Shown here: one piece after another, positions 11,101 through 19,200 of the stretch
Position numbering within the stretch: position 1 is the first letter of the stretch
Layout of the letters: the number at the start of each line of letters is the position of its first letter
From: a virus
Direction: 5' to 3' (one strand)
IMG/VR virus record: IMGVR_UViG_3300042317_001497
Length of the DNA: 64,000 nucleotides
Program-made: the position numbers and the translations under genes
The notes under the pieces: model-generated
Told to the model about the DNA's origin: nothing
What the model saw: only the letters and a program-made list of their open reading frames with translations
Databases searched by the model: none

Positions 11101-14100
11101 ATTAGGATCTTCAGAGCCTACTGGTATTTTTTTCAAATAAATTAATAAGTCTTCTAAGGCAACATTAGCTATTATCGTAATATTAGGATCTGTTTCGTAT
11201 GAATAGCTTGTAGTCGTTAAAGGAATACCGGGAGAATCTATAATAATACGGGGTTCTTGTAATGTTTTTGGAGAGAGAAAAATAATTTTATCTTCTACAT
11301 TTGTTTTACAATATAGTTTTTTTGATGCGGATAAAGGGATTTTATTTCTATTGAATGCACTTTTTACAGGATTTACACAAGGGGTTACAACATAACTACC
11401 CTCAGATAAAGCTGTTACATCCAAAGATGGAAAAATAAATTTTGAATCATCACAAGCTCCTGATAGATTAGCTTGAAATAAATAATCATAGTTGGTTTTT
11501 ATATAATCTTTTTTCCATTGATATCCCGCTTTTTGTTCCTCCGAAAGAGAATTATAATAATTGGCAGCGGCCGGGTCTACATAGATAGCTTTGTTTAAAA
11601 TATCCAGTCCACACATGGCCCTACTAACATAATCAAAAGAATCTGACGCATTATATCCTAATAGGGGAGGAATTTTACCATTATCATCAGCTAATACATA
11701 GTAATACGGACTACCAACAAAAATACTATCGTCTATAATATTTCCATATTCTTCCCATGCCCCATCATCAGCCGGCTCATAATTATAGTATATTTTACCA
11801 CTACCCTGAAATACTGATATAGTATCTGATCCTGCTGGTATTTGTATATCAGAATATTGGGTGTCTCTATAGCTTACCAATTCTGGAACTTTTACCATGT
11901 ATTTTCTGCCATAATATTTATTAGCTATTTTTTGAATATATGAATGAATTATCTCTAAGTCTTTTAGAAAATTAGGATTAATAAAAAAATCGCCGTTAAT
12001 ATTGGTAGATGTATTTTGAGCCACAAAACCAGAAGGATGACCAGTAGTAGAACGAGCAGCAATATTAGCGGGTGAATTATCCCAACAACTATCGAAATTA
12101 GAAATACCAAGAGATATACCAAGATTAGAATATGCTTCTACAAGCATTAGAAAAATGCCCGGCTTAAAAATCTTACCCAAACAATATAATAAGAAATTAT
12201 CAAATCCTGCTATAGCCGCTCTCATCTCTGTTTCAAACAGTAAAAAATATTTATCCTGATTAAAAGGATTCAAAGATACGCTAATTTTTGGCAAATCTGC
12301 TATATTTATACTTACTACTAATTGGCCAGTCCATGTGTCTAGAAATACTGGACGAACTAATCTATAAGTGTTGTTGTCAGGATTTGTATCAACGGTCAAA
12401 GTCTCTTCCATCTGAAATCCAAAAAATGGACAAATAACATCTTTATATAAAGGAAAAAATCTAGCTGTGGTGTCTCTGCTATTTGTAACAGCTTTTGCTG
12501 GGCCATAATTTCCAGATAAAACATTATTATTAGTTTTATCATCTGTAATTTCTTTATCATTCCATATATCATCTATATCCTCAAACCTATTTAATTCTAG
12601 AGTATTCTTTATATCTTCGTCATTATTAAATAAAGCAGTAATATCCGCTCCATTAATTCTTGTTGACAACGCTGGATTTCTTGTGGATAAACTGGTAGGA
12701 AGTCTCATTTTACCCAGATTTGCTTGTCCCTCATGCTGGAAAAAATTAACAAAAGTTTGCAAAACAGGGTGATAGACATATGATGTTTGATTATATGCTA
12801 GTCTATAATTTTTTGCTTGATATAATCTTTGTTGCTGTGGTCCAAAATACATTGCTCGTGGCGCAGTTTCATTTTTTTCTTTACCTATATTACTAGCAGA
12901 TATAGGCATATTATTCTTTTTAAATTCTTCTATAGTATTTACAACTTGATTAGGGATTGGTTGTTTAGCTCTAGAAACTGTTCTAACTTTTAAAATAGTA
13001 TAAGGTTGAGATAAATATGTTGCAGGAATCATATCGAAATAGAAGTCATATCCCGTATCATCTGTTATTCTTCTGATCAGATTCATTATGCTCATAACAG
13101 TCTCAGATATTCTATAGTCCATTGGAGGTCTAGGTAATTCAGACAGATCCAAAGCTATGTGACATCTTTCAATACCATTTATATCTAGTGATGGAGGTAT
13201 AACACCAAAACTATAAGAGCCAAACGCTGGTTTAATTCTAGTATAGGTTGTATTTTCTTGTACGGTTTTTAATAAGATTCTACCAAATGGAGAAAAGGCT
13301 CTTTTTTGAGAAGTATTTAGTGGTGCAGCGGGGTCGTTGGGGGAGTCTGATCTTGCTGATGTAAGCACAGACAGTGCATCTATGATAGATACAGCACTTA
13401 TACCCTCATCATTATACTTAGAACCACCGAAATAATTCAAACCCATAGACTCTAAAAAACCATAAACATTAAATACATTAGGAAGATTTCCTTGTTTTAG
13501 AGTTCCATAATTTAAAACGGCGTCATTGTCTCCAAGATAGTTGCTACCAGAACCATAAGTAGATGATGATAGTTTACTAAAAATAGAACCACCATATTGA
13601 CCCAGAATAATATGACACTGATCCAAAAAAGAATCGGCGCTTTCTATAGAAACCCTATAATTTCTACCACCACTACCATAATCTCTACTCCAGTCTCTAA
13701 CAATACCAGCAAACGAGAAATCCCCCATTTTGAAACAAACAGGGGTGTTTATTATATCAAAACCCTTGGACTGATCAATTATGCTCTGGTCATTGGAATA
13801 GGTTCCATCAACTGAAATTGCTGTTTTGTCTCCGAAAAAACCAGGGTCTTGATCATACCAGTATCGTGATACAAAACCGTTATTGTTGTCCCAAGCATAA
13901 TAAACTTTGCCTGGAACTATACGTTCTTTAGGAGCTGGATCGTTTTTAGAATCAAAAGGTCTGCCCAATTCATCTATATAACATTCATCATCAACACAAG
14001 TATAATGATGATTATCGGCATAAGATCTTCTTGATGTAAATTGAGATTGTCTAATAGTAGATTGATTAGAAAAACATGGGGAGGTATCTTCTATAAGATT

Positions 14101-14217
14101 CACAGTTAATTGAGATGGTTGTCCTCCCCATCCCATATTTGTTGTAAAATTTACAACACTAGCTCCTAGGAATAGTGTTTGAGCTGTTAGTTTAGAATTA
14201 GAGCATGATATTGTCAT
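8128..14217 (-). CDS. Giant tail protein, possible baseplate hub/tail tip
   Basis: 2029 aa ORF in the tail operon; beta-rich N-terminus, internal CPYC...CSYC motif, Ser-rich tract. Function inferred from position only. Confidence 0.6.
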   Translation of the reverse strand: MTISCSNSKLTAQTLFLGASVVNFTTNMGWGGQPSQLTVNLIEDTSPCFSNQSTIRQSQFTSRRSYADNHHYTCVDDECYIDELGRPFDSKNDPAPKERIVPGKVYYAWDNNNGFVSRYWYDQDPGFFGDKTAISVDGTYSNDQSIIDQSKGFDIINTPVCFKMGDFSFAGIVRDWSRDYGSGGRNYRVSIESADSFLDQCHIILGQYGGSIFSKLSSSTYGSGSNYLGDNDAVLNYGTLKQGNLPNVFNVYGFLESMGLNYFGGSKYNDEGISAVSIIDALSVLTSARSDSPNDPAAPLNTSQKRAFSPFGRILLKTVQENTTYTRIKPAFGSYSFGVIPPSLDINGIERCHIALDLSELPRPPMDYRISETVMSIMNLIRRITDDTGYDFYFDMIPATYLSQPYTILKVRTVSRAKQPIPNQVVNTIEEFKKNNMPISASNIGKEKNETAPRAMYFGPQQQRLYQAKNYRLAYNQTSYVYHPVLQTFVNFFQHEGQANLGKMRLPTSLSTRNPALSTRINGADITALFNNDEDIKNTLELNRFEDIDDIWNDKEITDDKTNNNVLSGNYGPAKAVTNSRDTTARFFPLYKDVICPFFGFQMEETLTVDTNPDNNTYRLVRPVFLDTWTGQLVVSINIADLPKISVSLNPFNQDKYFLLFETEMRAAIAGFDNFLLYCLGKIFKPGIFLMLVEAYSNLGISLGISNFDSCWDNSPANIAARSTTGHPSGFVAQNTSTNINGDFFINPNFLKDLEIIHSYIQKIANKYYGRKYMVKVPELVSYRDTQYSDIQIPAGSDTISVFQGSGKIYYNYEPADDGAWEEYGNIIDDSIFVGSPYYYVLADDNGKIPPLLGYNASDSFDYVSRAMCGLDILNKAIYVDPAAANYYNSLSEEQKAGYQWKKDYIKTNYDYLFQANLSGACDDSKFIFPSLDVTALSEGSYVVTPCVNPVKSAFNRNKIPLSASKKLYCKTNVEDKIIFLSPKTLQEPRIIIDSPGIPLTTTSYSYETDPNITIIANVALEDLLIYLKKIPVGSEDPNFVGYMMSFISPMIGNNALLLGNNMGNNSPKYMTIAPKMAHPFFAGIPIKSNQFCYGPWTNYPNLIASDIFPDASNPNEAIENLIGGVKIDQNQDFAPWNYGGMSFLDQRVISEIQNNVNYQQVLETAQIDMPGLPIFGLGSRFTYFTPSVQGNNQIKFNNQLYNVEIDTLNYTDVKYNTSNSNPVPNAPLAGQVLVGFDYSNSSTTSSPITYETIKLSSINPNPIAPLISSIQVSVGGSITTTYGFRTYIRKLGFFNKETGDRLKQNALMGIKRNKQFASMSGSIISRVNNEKQRRLNDIGDNRKLGAREVTSKFYATSPVEVMCGVARPFLPNDKLFNVKRLSYLRQNLENLENTEENTNNDQLKKQIQEKIEQLEEEINNIMSLPYGRDLGDGSSKNDSITGDSNGINQNKKNLRYNTFVGIYPTKEIAVEMNAEYANKSLMSLDGLFSPVSFYPTLFNTTYPLVPYTSSSCPYCKGTKSISDTYVNKQGQNATGTFYCSYCANKRKIISYSSKTTKTSSSIETLPPYIITDTNDIDTLINFNTAISSSSSTSAASSSDSSSSSEEIPVNLYSLQPIVVPYGEFRNPNVQNNGTYVDRCRHSIRVVAKGTVAPKKNQSLEISQNLLKYIDPATNKEQTERGLGFNADYYQKDILNKDNPQFLNNQRFLGLRGPIMLHGWGYDKEGYPIPNAADEPKEVDEFGNPKRFKLTRSVSTSSTKYSKLKNGDLFVLNKTDTIDLIKSPSLLLDDFTSIADDRDVFKVEYTNDLSDETGGFLQVQNSILGDIIGKTQEFKEGKWTSKKKLKQFYLNWAERPDLWPVGPIDLRWDEEKRVWSTTSDQASIYKMVYVVLEEDLVKEYNYDETYVARGFLDDLEYSSEPLPNGQRRLVYVKDRAGYTAPRGCKLLCRYDTDTGFYEPITKPSFICKGIIDNGNKAVIQMAYAAGKKAGEIPTMLVSFSNPFNYTVVKDKKGMFTFMDGNWTITAVEQ

Positions 14218-14222
14218 AAAAA

Positions 14223-16178
14223 CTATGTGTCCAGATAATTACTATAATTATTATCACAATGCTGATAAATCCATGTTACTTGTCTACTATATCGTCCATC
14301 AGCCGGATTCCATGATTGATTGTCTGTTGCTACATATGCCTGTCCAGGTATATTCCTACGACTTAAATTACCAAAAATAGATGCTGGCCTATCTCCGAAT
14401 GGTTTTAATCCTTCAACTATTTGATCTATAGTAGTATACACCATACCTCCTGTATATAATGGGCATGAACTATTGGTCATAAATAAGCCATTAACACTAG
14501 AAGGAGGAACTACCGTAACTTCTATAGAAATATCTTTGCGAGTAGACGTTTTTGTATTCAACGATTGAATAACAGGTCCTAATCTACGACCAATAACAAC
14601 AGTTTCGCTAATAGAATCTGTTGGTCCAGTATCGCTAATACTAATACTTTCTGATATTACTCCACTAATTAATTTAAACCTATTAGTAAACTCACAACTA
14701 TAAGAAATTGTACCTTTTCTTGGATCATGTCCTTCCGCTGTAGATACTGGAATAATATTAAGTAAATTTTCTTTACAATAAATAGGATTATTTGGTGGGG
14801 GCGGTGGAGATGCTGCTGGATTTATATAGTCTGATGTTCTATCCGGCGAATTTAGCACCAAAGAAGCTCTACGGTATAAATATGGTTTTATATCATTTAT
14901 CCATGCGTCAACAGCATTTTCATATTTATTTTTATGGATATTAGTACTGGATGATTGAGAGTTTACGTCTAATAAGCCCCCAACACCATTAAGAGGTCCA
15001 GATAATTGTCCACTAGAATATGTTAGATCTATCTTCCCGTCCTTATCTGGAACCATACCTCCAGATCCCATTATGTCGAATGATTCAATACTAAGTCCTT
15101 TGATATTCCCCTGAATTCTTACAGTTTTAACAAATTTATCATCTGTAGAAGAATCTATACTATAATCTTCTACATATTTGATACCTGTTGGCATAGCTAG
15201 CCATGTATCATTAATTTCATAACTTCCTTCACTAGCACTAAAATTAGTAGTTCTAATATGGTTATATAAAAATGTTTTGTCAAATCCTCCAATATTAGGA
15301 GAATTCATAAAATTAGGATAACCACTATAACTAGCATTTTGACTATACTGACCATAGTTTAAACTAATATCTGCTCTTTGTTGTACCCATTTTTTTGCTT
15401 CTAAATAAGCTGATGCTGGTCCTACGCTGGTATTATCAGTATTTGAGTAACATAAACCAGTAGCTGGTAAACCCACTGCTGATAATCTATGACTAATTCT
15501 AAATTGTGGAACATTAATAATATTTAATGTTGCAGAAGAGTTGGGTCCATTAAGACTACCCGCTGGCTGTGTGCTTCCGGCGGTTGGGGCGGTTGGTTTT
15601 AAATTAGGATTATTATATTCTGTTCTTTGTGATACTCCGGTGCTAAAAGAAGAATAAATATAATCATCCAACGGTTCTATAGACCAACTATCACTACTAT
15701 TAGATACTAAAGGAGATCCTGGTATTGGAGGTTCATAATACTCTAGCTCTACAGAGTAATCTGCTGTTAGTACCCAGTTATTTTCTGATCTTTCAGCATT
15801 AAAACTTTTAACCCTAGCTCCGCTAACGGCTAAAACAGTGTCAGCACCACAGGTAATTTCAAAAGGAGCAGTAGGACATGATGCAAAAAGCTGCTGAAGA
15901 TCAGCAATGGCTTTTGTTATACTTTTTATACCACTTCCATTAGGATCGCTGGTACTTTCTCCAGAGTATCTAACAATCTTACCGCTTAAATTAATGTTTG
16001 TAACTATATTATCTATCTGTCCCGATCCAGACCTGTTAATGCTCTTATTCAAAGAAACCATAGGAACAGGACCGGTTATAGAGTGTATGCCCGATCCGTT
16101 ATATTTAACTTGAACACTAGGACTAGCAGAATATTCTTGAATAGTGAATAAATTTTCTGACGGTTGAATATATGCCAT
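14223..16178 (-). CDS. Tail structural protein (distal-tail/hub-like)
   Basis: 651 aa, tightly packed with neighbours, with recurring D/E-S-(W/Y/I)-S-I beta motifs; position in the tail module. Confidence 0.6.
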   Translation of the reverse strand: MAYIQPSENLFTIQEYSASPSVQVKYNGSGIHSITGPVPMVSLNKSINRSGSGQIDNIVTNINLSGKIVRYSGESTSDPNGSGIKSITKAIADLQQLFASCPTAPFEITCGADTVLAVSGARVKSFNAERSENNWVLTADYSVELEYYEPPIPGSPLVSNSSDSWSIEPLDDYIYSSFSTGVSQRTEYNNPNLKPTAPTAGSTQPAGSLNGPNSSATLNIINVPQFRISHRLSAVGLPATGLCYSNTDNTSVGPASAYLEAKKWVQQRADISLNYGQYSQNASYSGYPNFMNSPNIGGFDKTFLYNHIRTTNFSASEGSYEINDTWLAMPTGIKYVEDYSIDSSTDDKFVKTVRIQGNIKGLSIESFDIMGSGGMVPDKDGKIDLTYSSGQLSGPLNGVGGLLDVNSQSSSTNIHKNKYENAVDAWINDIKPYLYRRASLVLNSPDRTSDYINPAASPPPPPNNPIYCKENLLNIIPVSTAEGHDPRKGTISYSCEFTNRFKLISGVISESISISDTGPTDSISETVVIGRRLGPVIQSLNTKTSTRKDISIEVTVVPPSSVNGLFMTNSSCPLYTGGMVYTTIDQIVEGLKPFGDRPASIFGNLSRRNIPGQAYVATDNQSWNPADGRYSRQVTWIYQHCDNNYSNYLDT

Positions 16179-16211
16179 GGTTTATCTATTTTCCTTAAAA
16201 TTATATTGAAT

Positions 16212-19200
16212 CTACCATTCTAATAATCCAAATAGATTCTTATCCTGGTCGTTATTAAGATCGTATACTACTGAGAATGCATTAGACTGTGTAGAATTTC
16301 TCCAATATCCTGCGCTAGTACCATTTCCTTTATAAAATGCTGCTTTGACCCATTCGTTTTCTGTTGGAATACTAAATCGAGGAGGCAAACCAGTATACGG
16401 ATTTATACTATTCGGTATATCTGTAGTACTCTGAAGATTATAAACTCCATTAATTATATTTTGAGGATTATTGGGCTTATTATTATCTAGCCAATTAATT
16501 ATACTAAATAAAGCTGTTCTATTTATACCAGTCATTGGTTTATGTTTTTTGTTAACAGCAGGCGTGTATACATATTGTCCTCGTATTCCTGTTACTACTA
16601 TATCCGAAGAAATGGGCAGATTTAGTATTGAAGAAGATCCCGCTTTATATACGCTATTGAGAAAAACACAATACTCTTCTACTGTTAAATTATATTTTTG
16701 TATATAGAAAATATATCCAACAGAACCGATAGACTCAGGCTTTATTACTACTTTATTATAGCCATATGTAATAATATTATCATAAAAATGAGTATTATTT
16801 ATATCTTCTACTTTCACAAAATTAGTAAATGTATTGTCGTTAAAAGACGATGCTATCCTAATACCTATGTTATTATTATTAAAATTAATTTCTTCTCTGA
16901 ATTGTAAAGAGGGCGTGTTCAAGAGATTATCATCTAAAAATTGTAAAGACTCTGGTAGAGATCCTTGTTTTTTAAATATATCTGGACTAGTGCCTCTATT
17001 AAAGAAAACTTTCTTAACCGGATCATATGTTATCTCATAGCAGTTACCTATTTGATCAAAAGTACCATAGTAACTACTGCCTCCAATTGAACCAACATTA
17101 GCTGTAATATGTGTGCGAGTTGATATAGCTCCGACAGGAATATATACAACTCTATTTAAATTTTGATTACTATATAAAGTTCTTGAAAAAGAAGTAGTAC
17201 TATTATTAAATAAATATGTTTCACCCTGTTTTAAACTTAAAAGACTATTAAATTTACTATTTTTTGACCAACTTTTTGGAGCATTATTTTCTATACTTAC
17301 AACACTATTAATAATATTAGATAAATTACCAGGTAATGTATAAGTATTACTAAGATCATTGTTTTTAGCTGATAGTTTAATCTTAATAATTTGTCTAGGA
17401 GATTCAGAACCCCCTATCCTTTGGTAATAGCTGTCAGGATTAAGAATTCCTGTATAAAAAACATATGGAGATATATCGCTTGTAATGAGATAACCTGGAT
17501 TTTTATAGTCATTCTGGGGCAAACGAGAATCATCCAACAACAACAAGCTATTGAAAGAGCTATTTTTTCTCCAAGATGTTAATTTATTACCATCAATGTT
17601 TATTATAGATAAAGTATTATTATTAATAACTCCGGGTAAATCATTTATATAGATCTGAGTTCCATTATATGATAAAAATTGTAAATTACTATCAATAGTA
17701 ATAGATCCTATATTCGGTGTAGGAGCAGGCTGTGTTGGTACTGGTGTAGGAGTAGGAGTAGGATCAGCCTGCGGTACAATTTCATATAAAATAGGACCCT
17801 CTGATAAAAATATAGTAGTACCATCTCCAGAGTAACATACGTTTTTATTAATAGAAGTATTTAATCTTTCCTCATAGAAAAACCAATTATAACCACCATC
17901 ATTAGATGTGTAGATAGTATCCCTATTATTTGGTCCTCCTTGCTGATTCGCATATAAAACTAATTTTTGACCATCTTTAGACATAGATAGTCTTTTACTA
18001 GAAATAGCACTATTGGTGCCTGATGTGGTTTCTCTAAAGTATAAAGTACTATTTTTATCTGATTCTCCCCTAAATTTGTCTCTTGAAATAGTTGTAAATG
18101 AATCTCCCCCATTAGCGGAAATAATTAATCTTTGATTTGTAAATGGATTATTGCTAATACCAACCCATGCGGCAATCTTAGAAGCATCACTTGAAATGGC
18201 TAGTTGACTATAAAAATCATTACCTGTTTTCTTGGTCCATGATGTTCCTTTGTCGGACGATACATAAATACCATCTCCACACACAGCAAGCACAATAGTA
18301 TTTCCGTCATCAGATACGCATATTTTAGAATATGGATAATAAGTGGATATAGTATCAAAACTTTTTGATACCACCCATGTTTGTCCAGTATCTGTAGAAA
18401 CATAAACTTTCATTTGCAGGTCGCCGCTAGGTATAGAAACTCTTAAAAATGCCATAGTTGTACCATCACTAGATACAGCAACATGACTTATATTTTGAAC
18501 AAAATTTTCTCCGTCTGGTAATAAAGGAGTCCAAGTAGACATAGAGTTTGTTGATAGGTATAGTCTATACGATAGCTGTGTAGTGGAACCAAGAGTAGGA
18601 CTGTGTTGACCTCCTGCTAGAGCACCGGTTCCATTATTAAATAATGCTATAGTATTAAATTTTATCGCTGATCCTAACGTAGAAGGAGTAGAAACTGCTG
18701 GTAATATGGTTCTATACCATGAACCATTCGGCGCTTTTTTGAAAATTTGATCATTATTAACAGCGTTTACAATAGTAGGATGACCTAATACAACTGCTAT
18801 ATCATCACTATTTGTAGGAGCACTTATATCTATTATATTATCCCCTATCGTATAGTAACCGCCACTCTGTTCGTCCCCAGCTGTACCATTAAATCTTTTT
18901 ACTTCAAAATCCATAAAACTTAATGGAGTAGCTGTGGGTGTTGGTGTTGGTGTAGCGCTAGCGGTTGGAGTTGGAGATTGAGTAGGAGTAGGAGATGGCA
19001 ATGGTGTCTGAGTATTTAACGCAAAATTAGTATATAAAGATACTAGATTATATGTATTTATACAAGCTATACTCGCTTCGTAAGTATTAATACTGAGTTC
19101 TGGATTAGTGAAAATATAAGACGGTACCCTGCTCGTAAATGTTGTATCGTTTAATGGATCGTTGGGGTTGGTGGGATTGTTTAGTTTTATAATATAAGAA

